From contig OY762721.1 in the NCBI GenBank assembly GCA_963666345.1, positions 384,001 to 448,000 of the forward strand: a stretch of 64,000 bases of DNA, given 5' to 3'. Below are positions 32,095 through 41,112 of the stretch, piece after piece. Within the stretch, counting starts at the first letter, position 1; every line of letters starts with the position of its first letter. Position numbers and translations under genes: made by a program. The notes beneath the pieces are model-generated. The model was not told where the DNA came from. It worked only from the letters and a program-made list of their open reading frames with translations, and searched no databases. Source of the stretch: Desulfatiglandales bacterium (lineage in GTDB: Bacteria > Desulfobacterota > DSM-4660 > Desulfatiglandales > Desulfatiglandaceae).

Positions 32095-32812
32095 TATCAT
32101 GGACCATATGGAAAAACTAAAGTTGCGGGGTATGCAGTCCATTTATGATGAAGTTGTCTCCAATGGACGCAAGACCCATTCAACTCCTGAAAAGGTAATC
32201 CTGGAACTGCTCAAGGCTGAAGCTGCCGAAAGATATATAAGGAGTATCCGATATCGTATGGGACAGGCCAGGTTTCCTGTCCTTAAAGATATCGATGGCT
32301 TTGATTTTAACGGGGCCTGTGTTGATGAAGCCCAGATTAGGTCTATTTATCAGGGTGATTTTATAGCCGAACATATCAACCTGATTTTTGTAGGTGGCAC
32401 CGGTACGGGCAAAACCCATTTAGCCATAACTATAGCGGCCCAGGCCATAAGGAATGGCAGGAAGTGCAAGTTTTATAACCTGGTGGATCTGGCAAATGAG
32501 CTTGAGCAGGAAAAAATGATTGGATTGGCCGGCAAAATCACAGCAAGACTACTTCGATTTGATCTTGTGGTCCTCGATGAACTGGGTTATCTGCCTTTTT
32601 CCAAAAACGGCAGTCAACTGCTCTTTCATCTTATATCAAAACTCTACGAACAGACATCCATAGTGATTACCACCAACTTGACCTTCGGTGAATGGCCCCA
32701 AGTCTTTGGAGATAAAAAGATGACTACGGCCATGCTTGATCGATTGACTCATCATTGTGAAATTATAGAAACAGGTAACGAAAGCTGGAGAATGAAACAC
32801 GCAGCTTCATAG
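32081..32812 (+). CDS. istB: IS21 helper ATPase
   Basis: 243 aa, 2 substitutions relative to copy 1. Confidence 0.95.
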   Translation: MLRNDIMDHMEKLKLRGMQSIYDEVVSNGRKTHSTPEKVILELLKAEAAERYIRSIRYRMGQARFPVLKDIDGFDFNGACVDEAQIRSIYQGDFIAEHINLIFVGGTGTGKTHLAITIAAQAIRNGRKCKFYNLVDLANELEQEKMIGLAGKITARLLRFDLVVLDELGYLPFSKNGSQLLFHLISKLYEQTSIVITTNLTFGEWPQVFGDKKMTTAMLDRLTHHCEIIETGNESWRMKHAAS

Positions 32813-32967
32813 ATAAAGAAGGGATCAACTACTCAACTATTTAACCATATTTTTTTCTCAGGGGTGGGTCAATTTTGGACGCCGATGATGGGTCAATTTT
32901 CAACGCCTATTGACAATTTTCGACCCTGCTTCCAACCTGACTCAAAAATTTCCCGGCGTGTAGATTA

Positions 32968-33678
32968 TCATCTCTTAAATGCGTTGCCCCCCATAACCCT
33001 TCCAATCGCTATAGGGCACGTCCGCGGTTTTTTCTTTCGACTGGACCAGTAAACCGCGACAGGGGCACCCGACTTATCGACCCTGAGCCAGACGGTTCCA
33101 ACGCCCACACCGCTATCGCCTTTCCTCCGCGTATCGCGTGCGTGCCCGCTGCGGGATGAATCAAGTATAACCACACGAACAGCCCCGTCTTTTTCCTTAA
33201 CAGGCCTTTTCATAACAATAGCAACATGCCCTGTACTCCCTTTCCGGGGGCAGGGCTCCCTTTTCCAGGCAATGAAATCACCCGGCTCCGCCTCCACCAG
33301 CTTAAGGACGCGCTGCCAGCCTTTACGGGTATCTTTGGTCGGCGCCTCTAAAAAGGTGTCGTAAAAATTTGCCGCGCGTGCGTGCGTACGGTTTGCATCA
33401 GCCGTCACAAGGGAAAGGGATGCGGGTGCGGCCCTTTTGAGGATGTAGCAGGCAAGAGAAGAGCAATCCAGGATATAGGTCCCTGATTTTTCATCCACCC
33501 TGGCCTTATGGCTGTACCGGCTAGATCTGAGGTTGGAAACTATCCGCCTTGCCTCATTAAAGACCCGGGATGAAGAAGATGGGGAAACTGAGGTAATTTT
33601 TTGTTCCGAAGGGCAAGATCCTGAAGGGAAAAACAGGAAAAGAAAGATGAGGGCTATTTGAATAATGCATTTTTTCAT
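32968..33678 (-). CDS. Exported NlpC/P60-like (papain-fold) cysteine hydrolase
   Basis: Signal peptide MKKCIIQIALIFLFLFF; DCSS catalytic Cys motif, PGDFIAW, GHVAIV. Confidence 0.65.
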   Translation of the reverse strand: MKKCIIQIALIFLFLFFPSGSCPSEQKITSVSPSSSSRVFNEARRIVSNLRSSRYSHKARVDEKSGTYILDCSSLACYILKRAAPASLSLVTADANRTHARAANFYDTFLEAPTKDTRKGWQRVLKLVEAEPGDFIAWKREPCPRKGSTGHVAIVMKRPVKEKDGAVRVVILDSSRSGHARDTRRKGDSGVGVGTVWLRVDKSGAPVAVYWSSRKKKPRTCPIAIGRVMGGNAFKR

Positions 33679-33761
33679 ATGACATTTAACCTGGAGCCCA
33701 GCCACCTTGACCCCCTATTCAGCGCGATTCAAGACGATCTGATCGGGATATGAACTTTAAA

Positions 33762-34220
33762 TTACAGCGACTTTCCGCTTATAATGCTATCGTATTTTTC
33801 CTTTTTAAGTACATGGTAAGTGCCGGTGGCGGTGGTGCACGCGGCCTTTTCACTGTTTAGGAGTTCGGCAAGCATTTTCACCTTTGCCCCCTTCCTTGAC
33901 AGTACGCGGCATGTAACTCTTATCTTCTCCCCTGATACATAAACGGGCATCAGGAACCTAACCTCAAGGCCTGAGGTGACGGCCATCTCCTTTGTGAAGA
34001 CATAACAGGTCCATCCCATTATCTCGTCAAGAAGACCCATCTGGATTCCGCCATGAAGGATCTTCCCCTGGCCTACAAAATATTGAGACGGCCGGTATTC
34101 AGTTGATACCTCCTTCTGTTTTTCATCACAGTAAAATTTCAGCTTGAGTCCATTTTCGTTGTCTCTTCCGCAGAAAAAACAGCTATTATCAGGATATGGA
34201 TCAGCTATTAGCTTTTTCAT
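33762..34220 (-). CDS. PaaI-family (hotdog) thioesterase
   Basis: CFFCG..N..GL, LHGGIQMGLLDE, VTSGLEVRF. Confidence 0.85.
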   Translation of the reverse strand: MKKLIADPYPDNSCFFCGRDNENGLKLKFYCDEKQKEVSTEYRPSQYFVGQGKILHGGIQMGLLDEIMGWTCYVFTKEMAVTSGLEVRFLMPVYVSGEKIRVTCRVLSRKGAKVKMLAELLNSEKAACTTATGTYHVLKKEKYDSIISGKSL

Positions 34221-34230
34221 AGAATCTCCA

Positions 34231-34875
34231 TTACGTTTTCAAGAGGAAAATCTCAACCCGCTCCTTTCCTTTCCCGATATTCTTTCTTTTCAATCTTATG
34301 TCTCCCACTTCGCCAGTCTTTTTAAGGTGCGTGCCGCCGCACGCAACTTGGGCAAAACCATCTACTTCCCAGCACCGCCTCTCATTCTCCTCATTAATGA
34401 AAAAACTTCTGATGACGCGGTTTGATTCAACGATCCTGTCCACACCGACCGCGATTTCAGGCAGCAAAGAAGAAATGCTTTCAGGCCATCTGAAATCAAT
34501 TCTCGCCTTGTTTTCCCCTATGTGAGCACCTATCTTTTGTACTCCCTGCAGGCTCTTATACATAAGTTCAAGTACAATTTCCGCTGCAAAGTGAAGGCGC
34601 ATGAGCCTGTATCTCCGCCCCCATTCTATGCGAACCGTTACAGTATCGCCTTGCTTGAGCAAATGATCTTCGCTAAGTCGATACTCGATTTTCCTTCCGA
34701 GCCTGGAAGCCGAGACTACCTGATAACTTCCGATCGTTCCTCTGTCGCTTTCCTGCCCGCCGGAAAACGCGTAGAACACGGTTTCTTCAACCGAAACATC
34801 CGGGCCTTTAACAGATGTTATAAAGGTCTCATTGCTCGTCTGATATGGATCTTTCCAGAATAGTTTCTTTGTCAT
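34231..34875 (-). CDS. Alanyl-tRNA editing protein, AlaX-like
   Basis: LFWKDPY, FYAFSGGQESD, RLMRLHFAAE, ARIDF, ACGGTH. Confidence 0.85.
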   Translation of the reverse strand: MTKKLFWKDPYQTSNETFITSVKGPDVSVEETVFYAFSGGQESDRGTIGSYQVVSASRLGRKIEYRLSEDHLLKQGDTVTVRIEWGRRYRLMRLHFAAEIVLELMYKSLQGVQKIGAHIGENKARIDFRWPESISSLLPEIAVGVDRIVESNRVIRSFFINEENERRCWEVDGFAQVACGGTHLKKTGEVGDIRLKRKNIGKGKERVEIFLLKT

Positions 34876-35172
34876 CAGATTAACCGTTTTATATCAGAAA
34901 ATCATTAGTTGAGTGGAGGCCGACCCGACCGTCAGGACTCTTTGCCGCTCACCCAATTTTTTACAGGCGGCTGAAGGTCATTGTGATCTTTCAGCCGATT
35001 TATTAAGCGCTCCTTTTGTTGCCTAACTTGACATCTACCTGGATTGTATAGCAATCTATAAAAATAAAGCTTGGAGAACAGACGTCTTACCGAAATTTTC
35101 AGCATTGTGATTTTCATCAGCGTATCATGGAGACACCCGGACCTTGGTCCTTAAGTGAAAGGAGACCATTAA

Positions 35173-35493
35173 ATGATGAAGAAAATCGAGACCTGTGAGA
35201 AAAACGGTTTTAATGAAGAAAGAATGTCAAATTTTCTGGTGCATGACTCCCCCTACATGAAGGTCTTAAGCTTCAATTTCAGGGGTGGACAGGACCTGCC
35301 GATCCACTCGCATGACATAGACGGGCAGTTGTGCCTGGTTGTAATTGAAGGCAAAGGGCAGTTTCTGGGAAAAGACGGCAGCACTAGTTCCGCAAAGCCT
35401 GGAGACGTTCTCATATCAGATATCAGCGAGCCGCACGGCCTGCGAGCGTCCACCGACATGCGCGTGCTGGTCACGATAGCTCCGCCCATATGA
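35173..35493 (+). CDS. Cupin-domain protein
   Basis: LPIHSH, VIEGKG, GDVLI..PHGL; RBS AAGGAG. Confidence 0.85.
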   Translation: MMKKIETCEKNGFNEERMSNFLVHDSPYMKVLSFNFRGGQDLPIHSHDIDGQLCLVVIEGKGQFLGKDGSTSSAKPGDVLISDISEPHGLRASTDMRVLVTIAPPI

Positions 35494-35529
35494 TTCTTCT
35501 CATAAGGAACCACGGGAGATGAAACGGAT

Positions 35530-35841
35530 CTAAAAGGTAACCACCTTATCCGCCTCCATTGACAGTTCATACAGGTCGTCCATCCACCCGATAGGACATG
35601 AACTCGATCCCACCAGACCGTGGGATTTCATGCAGACGCCTCAGACGTAAAAGTCACCTTCAAATTGATTCATCTGTCCAAGCACATCGAACTGTTCCGT
35701 GCCCGCGGTCTCGAATTTAACCCCTTTTCCGAGCATAAAGACGCTTGTTTCATCACCCTTTTTTACGGCCACATTGGCAAGTCTCATGGCATTGTAGATC
35801 GTCTCGCCGTCATCCGTTGAAATGATAAAAAGGACGTTCAT
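35530..35841 (-). CDS. DsrE-family selenoprotein (103 aa, Sec67, UxxC)
   Basis: The TGA at 35643-35641 sits at the first Cys position of the DsrE CxxC. The frame continues GVCMKSHGLVGSSSCPIGWMDDLYELSMEADKVVTF to TAG, completing the fold. A SECIS-like hairpin follows the TGA. Confidence 0.85.
35597..35640 (-). promoter_or_regulatory. Bacterial SECIS-like hairpin (DsrE gene)
   Basis: catgaa-atcccac-GGTCTG-gtgggat-cgag-ttcatg; the G-led apical loop begins 22 nt after the TGA. Confidence 0.75.
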
Positions 35842-36112
35842 AGGGTTTCCCCTGTTTCAGAAAATTCCTGTCTTTTCAATTTTTAATTTTCTCCATTTCC
35901 TACTGTCCCTGTCGCTCTACCCTCCGGAAGTTCCACCCGACCCTGTACCTGGTTTTTCCCTCCTCTTTCGGCTTTTTTTTCATCCTCGGAGTCATCTTGT
36001 CTATCTTGATCACGATCGAGCCGGGGATACCCTCCTTTTCCCATGAATGACTCCAGCTGGTCCAGGGTCTCTAAAAACAGCACAGGCGAAGATTCAATGT
36101 TTTCCAGACATG

Positions 36113-39100
36113 CTATTTCTGCATGAGCACCATGTTTACCATGGATTTTTGCCCGGTCCCCGTTGCCTTGATCATTATCTGGGACGCGCCCTTTTTAAGC
36201 TGAATCACTGCGAGAGGCCCTTGGGCCATGGACATCCCTGGCTTCCATCCCTTGGCGCTCAAGGCCTTCTTATAGAAATTGATCACATCTTCAGGGCCTG
36301 CCGGTGCCTCCAGATCGGCCGTACTGTTGGGGCCGAATGTCTTCTCCTTTAACACCTTGGCGCCCGGATAAAGCGGAGCCTCACCGTTTAACAGTTCACC
36401 ACCGCCGGTCTCCTGTTCGGACGTCCCTACTGATGCGCCTTTATCACCGCCAGTTTTGGGTAAGGGAGCAACCTTCGGCTGGGCCACAGGCGCAGGTGCG
36501 GCAGGTTCTTTTTCCACAGGGAACTTTGCATTGACCGTAAGAGTCTTGCCCGATTCCAACTGAATATCCCTGATCTCCCGCACTGACCCCTCCTTTCGGT
36601 CTTCGACCTTGACGTAGTAGACACCGGGAAGAAGTCTGTATTCAGCAGGCCTTCCGTCCGCCCGGGCCCAGCCGTCTCCCATGTACTTGTCATCCTTTTG
36701 CTGGTAGAGCTTGACATAAGCCTTGTAAGACACACCGTTTTTGGTGGCCTTGACATTGAGAACTCCCCCTGCAACAAAGCTTGCAAACCTTTCAACCGTC
36801 TTATCCGGCTTGACCTCCACGTTTTCTATAATGACCTCAGGCCGCTGTTTAACGCTTGTGTCCTGGATCAAGATCTTGTAGATACCCGGCAGAAGTTTGT
36901 ATTCTACTGGACTACCATCTTCCTTTGTCCAGCCGTCTCCCATGTATTTATTGTCTTCCTGACGAAAGACCTTCACGTAGGCCTTCATTGGTGCGTTATC
37001 TTTGATCGCCTTGACATGAAGGATGCCTCCAGCACCAAAGGTTGCAACTCGTTCCACCGTCTGGCCCGGCTTGACCTCCACGTTTTCAATAGTGACAACA
37101 GGACGCTCCGTCACGCTTGTATCCTGAACCTTTACCTTGTAGAGGCCGGGCAGGAACTTGAACTCCGCAGGCGTGCCGTCCTCCTTAGCCCAGCCGTCTC
37201 TCATATACTTGTTGTCTTCCTGACGAAAGACCTTTACATAGGCTTTCATAGGCGCATTTTTCTTTACAGCCTTTACGTGAAGGATGCCCCCCTCACCAAA
37301 GGTTGCAACTCGTTCAACAGTCTCACCCGGTTTTACCTCTACATTTTCAATAGTGACAACAGGACGCTCCGTCACGCTTGTATCCTGAACCTTTACCTTG
37401 TAGAGGCCGGGCAGGAACTTGAACTCCGCAGGCGTGCCGTCCTCCTTAGCCCAGCCGTCTCTCATATACTTGTTGTCTTCCTGACGAAAGACCTTTACAT
37501 AGGCTTTCATAGGCGCATTTTTCTTTACAGCCTTTACGTGAAGGATGCCCCCCTCACCAAAGGTTGCAACTCGTTCAACAGTCTCACCCGGTTTTACCTC
37601 TACATTTTCAATAGTGACAACAGGACGCTCCGTCACGCTTGTATCCTGAACCTTTACCTTGTAGAGGCCGGACAGGAACTTGAACTCCGCAGGCGTGCCG
37701 TCCTCCTTAGCCCAGCCGTCTCTCATATACTTGTTGTCTTCCTGACGAAAGACCTTTACATAGGCTTTCATAGGTGCATTTTTCTTTACAGCCTTTACGT
37801 GAAGGATGCCTTCGGTAGCAAAATTGGCCACGATCTCAGTGGTCCGGCCCTCAACCACTTCCACATCCTTTATATTCACAGTGGGTCTCTGAATGACACT
37901 CGTATCCTGGGCACAAATATCGTACATCCCCGGGGGAAGACGGAAGGCAGCTGGTTTCTCAGTGCTTGTCCATCCTTCCGCGACCCGTTTTTCCCCACCC
38001 TTGGTCAGAACCTGCACGTAGGCCTTGATAGGTTTTTCGTCTTTGATACATGTCACCTTTAAGCTTATCGGCGGTTTTTCCGCCGCCTTTTTCACTACAG
38101 CCTTTGCCGCCATCTGAAAGTCTTTGGCCGTCTTTGCCGTGAAATACTCACCGCCACCTGCCTTGGCCATGCACTCAAGCTGTGCCTTTTCTTCTTCTGT
38201 GACGTCAAATCCGATGACATGCATTACGAAATTTATCCCTGCCTCCTTGAGATCCTTGACCAGGCCGCAGGGGTCCGGATCACAGGTCTCTTTGCCGTCC
38301 GAAACAAGGATAATGGTGGTTTCGTCCTCCATCTGTTTGATACGCTCAGCCGTCATCCGAACCGACCGGGATATCGGGGTCTTTCCTTTGGGGCTCAGAC
38401 CCTGAACTGTCTTTATAAGTTTCTTCTTGTCTATTTTGCCCAGAGGAACCAGTTCTTCCACGTCGTTGCAGTCACCCTTGCGCCTGTGCCCGTAGGCCAC
38501 CAGGCCCACGACGGAATCATCCGGCAGGTCTTTGATGAGACCGCTCATGACCTCCTTGGCAATGGCGATCTTGGCCTTTCCTTCCACCCGCCCCCACATG
38601 GAGCCTGAGGCATCCAGGATAAACATTATATTGCCGGTAGAGGCCGTCTCTGGTGCTGCCTTTTGAGCGGCCTGGGCAGGTCTTGCAGGAGTGGGAGTTG
38701 TTGTTTTTTGAGCCTGAACTGTTTTTACATCTCCGGTCTCGCTCTTACCCTGGCACGCAAACTGCTCGATCTTGAAGACAATCCTGCCAGCTTCTCCTGA
38801 AAGAGAAAGGGTCCAGGGTTCCATTTCAGGCGGTATCTCCCAGGAGCGGTTCTGGTTATTTTTCAGCGCAAAACGGGCCGATTCGATGGCGTTCTTGTTC
38901 TTGTCCTGAACTATCAGGTTTGCCTTTGATATTGTTCCCGCTGGATTGTCCCCGGTGGCCGTGATCACGATACGTCTGTCAGGATCAAGGGATCGCCCTC
39001 TGCCTGAGCCCTTCTTTACCTCGATTATCTCGACCTTCGGCTTTCCCGGCCTCTTCTTCTTGGTAACCGTCGTTTGATGCCCAATGGCCTTTACCTCTTT

Positions 39101-40045
39101 GCTCCCTTCTCCGAACTGCTCCATTTTCAGACGGATCTGCCCGGACATACCGCTTACGGAAAGTGTCCAGGGCTCTTTTTCGGCAGGGATATCCCAGGTT
39201 CTGGTCTGTTCGTTTTTCAGGGTAAAAACCGCGCCTTCAATTTTTTTGTTCCTTTTATCCTGGACGGTCAGGCCCGCCTCGGACAGATCGCCTTTTGGGT
39301 TATCGCCTGTGGCAGTGATAACGATACTGCGATCAGGATCAAGGGAAATTCCCATCGCAGAGGTCTTCTTGATGACCAGGGTCTTCACGCTGGGCTTCCC
39401 TGATACGTATTTTTCCCGGGACGAGGTTCCGGAGGTAGGTTGGGGGGGACCTGCCGCCATTTCCAGTTTTGTAAAGCCTGCCGGGATCTTGAAAAGATCT
39501 GATTTTACAGTCCCTTCCTTGATATCTTTAAGCTCCATGACAGCGTTTTTGTTCAGTCCGAAGCGTTCCTCCCGGATGAGATGATTGAGCTTTTTTGCGA
39601 TCCAGACCTTGGAGGCAGGTTTTGATTTTCCCGCCTCAATGTACATCACTGTTTTGCATTCATAACCGTTAACAGTTTCGACCGGGCCGGGCTTTTCCGT
39701 CATCCCCTTGCGGGTCATGGTCCATCCGACCAGAGGATTTGTCATCATGGTCTTTTTGATATCGGCAATTTCAACGTATTTTTTCATCTGGGGATTAAGT
39801 CCCCATGTCACACCGGTATCACGGTTTACAATGCTCGGATAGGGAGGCACGTTCATCGGCCCCTTTATCTTCTGGAGTCGGTACATACGGTCTTTGACAT
39901 AGAGCTTATAGAGATATTCTCCTCCCGGTCCGGTTATAGCCATATCGGCCGTGAACTGGACTGCCTGTGCATGCGTAACTGAAAAGAACATGATTGAAAC
40001 GACAAAAAATGCAACCAGGAAACCGAGAAGTCTTTTCTGTACCAT
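36113..40045 (-). CDS. Large exported VWA-domain protein with an N-terminal DUF4412-like domain and beta-rich tandem repeats
   Basis: Signal peptide; MIDAS DASGS, GKTPI, LVSDG; six ~87-aa repeats; two further ~110-aa repeats before the VWA domain. Confidence 0.85.
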   Translation of the reverse strand: MVQKRLLGFLVAFFVVSIMFFSVTHAQAVQFTADMAITGPGGEYLYKLYVKDRMYRLQKIKGPMNVPPYPSIVNRDTGVTWGLNPQMKKYVEIADIKKTMMTNPLVGWTMTRKGMTEKPGPVETVNGYECKTVMYIEAGKSKPASKVWIAKKLNHLIREERFGLNKNAVMELKDIKEGTVKSDLFKIPAGFTKLEMAAGPPQPTSGTSSREKYVSGKPSVKTLVIKKTSAMGISLDPDRSIVITATGDNPKGDLSEAGLTVQDKRNKKIEGAVFTLKNEQTRTWDIPAEKEPWTLSVSGMSGQIRLKMEQFGEGSKEVKAIGHQTTVTKKKRPGKPKVEIIEVKKGSGRGRSLDPDRRIVITATGDNPAGTISKANLIVQDKNKNAIESARFALKNNQNRSWEIPPEMEPWTLSLSGEAGRIVFKIEQFACQGKSETGDVKTVQAQKTTTPTPARPAQAAQKAAPETASTGNIMFILDASGSMWGRVEGKAKIAIAKEVMSGLIKDLPDDSVVGLVAYGHRRKGDCNDVEELVPLGKIDKKKLIKTVQGLSPKGKTPISRSVRMTAERIKQMEDETTIILVSDGKETCDPDPCGLVKDLKEAGINFVMHVIGFDVTEEEKAQLECMAKAGGGEYFTAKTAKDFQMAAKAVVKKAAEKPPISLKVTCIKDEKPIKAYVQVLTKGGEKRVAEGWTSTEKPAAFRLPPGMYDICAQDTSVIQRPTVNIKDVEVVEGRTTEIVANFATEGILHVKAVKKNAPMKAYVKVFRQEDNKYMRDGWAKEDGTPAEFKFLSGLYKVKVQDTSVTERPVVTIENVEVKPGETVERVATFGEGGILHVKAVKKNAPMKAYVKVFRQEDNKYMRDGWAKEDGTPAEFKFLPGLYKVKVQDTSVTERPVVTIENVEVKPGETVERVATFGEGGILHVKAVKKNAPMKAYVKVFRQEDNKYMRDGWAKEDGTPAEFKFLPGLYKVKVQDTSVTERPVVTIENVEVKPGQTVERVATFGAGGILHVKAIKDNAPMKAYVKVFRQEDNKYMGDGWTKEDGSPVEYKLLPGIYKILIQDTSVKQRPEVIIENVEVKPDKTVERFASFVAGGVLNVKATKNGVSYKAYVKLYQQKDDKYMGDGWARADGRPAEYRLLPGVYYVKVEDRKEGSVREIRDIQLESGKTLTVNAKFPVEKEPAAPAPVAQPKVAPLPKTGGDKGASVGTSEQETGGGELLNGEAPLYPGAKVLKEKTFGPNSTADLEAPAGPEDVINFYKKALSAKGWKPGMSMAQGPLAVIQLKKGASQIMIKATGTGQKSMVNMVLMQK
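37030..37810 (-). repeat. Three near-identical 261-bp intragenic tandem repeats (plus three diverged copies, ~36510-38070)
   Basis: aggttgcaactcgtt recurs at 37039, 37300 and 37561 (period 261 bp = 87 aa). Confidence 0.95.
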
Positions 40046-40639
40046 TATTTCCTCCTATAGCCGTTGGTATTTCACATTTCCTATAAGCAGTGGACCCGCG
40101 CTATCGCTGAAAAGGGTTATGAAAGCCCCTCACCCCTACCCTTCTTCACAAATGGGGATAAGGGGTGAAGGTATGAGGGGTTATCGATTAAAAAAAACAG
40201 CCCTTGACATATGGCAAGCAAAAAAACCGCAGGCGGGTATTTCATTTCTCCGTACATATAGAATAGTTCGATTTGTTATATAATAAGGACTGGTTCATAA
40301 AAAGGCATTAAAAATGATCCGTAGTACAAGTTAGCGACCATGATAATGCAATAAATTTAATCATTTTTCAATAAACTCTTTTCCTTATAAATAATTTATT
40401 TAATAAAACAAACCATGGAAACATATACCGATTTAATACATTTGAGTTCATACTAAAAACTCATTCAGGACAAACAGATTTTCCAGTTAGAGACATCACT
40501 AATAAAAATGCCCGAACCGATGAAAATACTATCGGCACGGGCCATTTAAAGAATCTTATCTATTTGATATAACTATTTAAATGCTGTTACTCTAGAAGAC
40601 ACCGTCGTTAACGCTGAGAAAGCCGTTCTAAATTTTTTC

Positions 40640-41047
40640 TTACTTATAACAAGCCTTTTTCCACGCCTTTATTCCACCCAAAAGGGCCTTTACATTATTG
40701 TAGCCTTTATTGATATACTCTCCTGCCAGACCGGCAGATGTGGCCTCATTGGCTCACTTGCAATAAAAGATTATCTCGCTGTCCGTTGAAAGCCGTGGAA
40801 GCCTTTCTTCCAGTTCAGAGCGAAATATCGCGCCTTCAAGGATCTTTCCCTCACAAGCCTTGTCATCATATGCACAGACAAAAAGCGCCTCGCCCGAAAC
40901 GACCTTCCGGTGCGCCTCCTCAACTCCTATTCGCTCAACCACAAGACCTTTCTTGGTCTGACTTGTCCAACCTGTTGATGAAGCAATAAACAGGGCAAAC
41001 ATTACGGAAACCACCAACACCACGGTGAAACCATAATTTTTTTTCAT
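40640..41047 (-). CDS. Exported rhodanese-like selenoprotein (135 aa, C-K-U, Sec98)
   Basis: AGGAGG RBS, ATG 41047, signal peptide. IIFYCK-TGA(40756-40754) continues ANEATSAGLAGEYINKGYNNVKALLGGIKAWKKACYK to TAA, the canonical rhodanese C-terminal signature. Confidence 0.85.
40722..40753 (-). promoter_or_regulatory. Bacterial SECIS-like hairpin (rhodanese gene)
   Basis: ctgcc-GGTCT-ggcag; the loop begins 22 nt after the TGA, the same offset and loop as in the DsrE gene. Confidence 0.75.
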
Positions 41048-41112
41048 ATATTGACCTCCTTTCCTGATATGACATATCCTGGGTTTATGATTCTCGAAAA
41101 GGAGCCCTGCCT

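Larger units (their letters stand above)
30463..32915 (+). mobile_element. IS21-family insertion sequence, copy 2 (2453 bp)
   Basis: Same ends and length as copy 1; flanks ttgagcca and attttcga do not match, so there is no target duplication. Confidence 0.97.

Noticed and set aside
25570..33000. Intact integrative element at tRNA-Arg
   Set aside because: No integrase and no duplicated tRNA 3' end were found in the window; only a remnant is supported.
35883..36083. 66-aa minus-strand ORF between the VWA gene and the DsrE gene
   Set aside because: No clear RBS or recognisable motif; low-complexity sequence, so coding status is unsupported.
37030..37810. Tandem repeats as a CRISPR array or DGR template/variable pair
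   Set aside because: They are contiguous in-frame 261-bp units with no spacers, no adenine-specific variation, and no cas or reverse transcriptase gene.
36698..38062. 454-aa plus-strand ORF with repeats
   Set aside because: Antisense shadow of the VWA repeat region. The same applies to the other long antisense ORFs over valS, nadC, mgtE and thiD.
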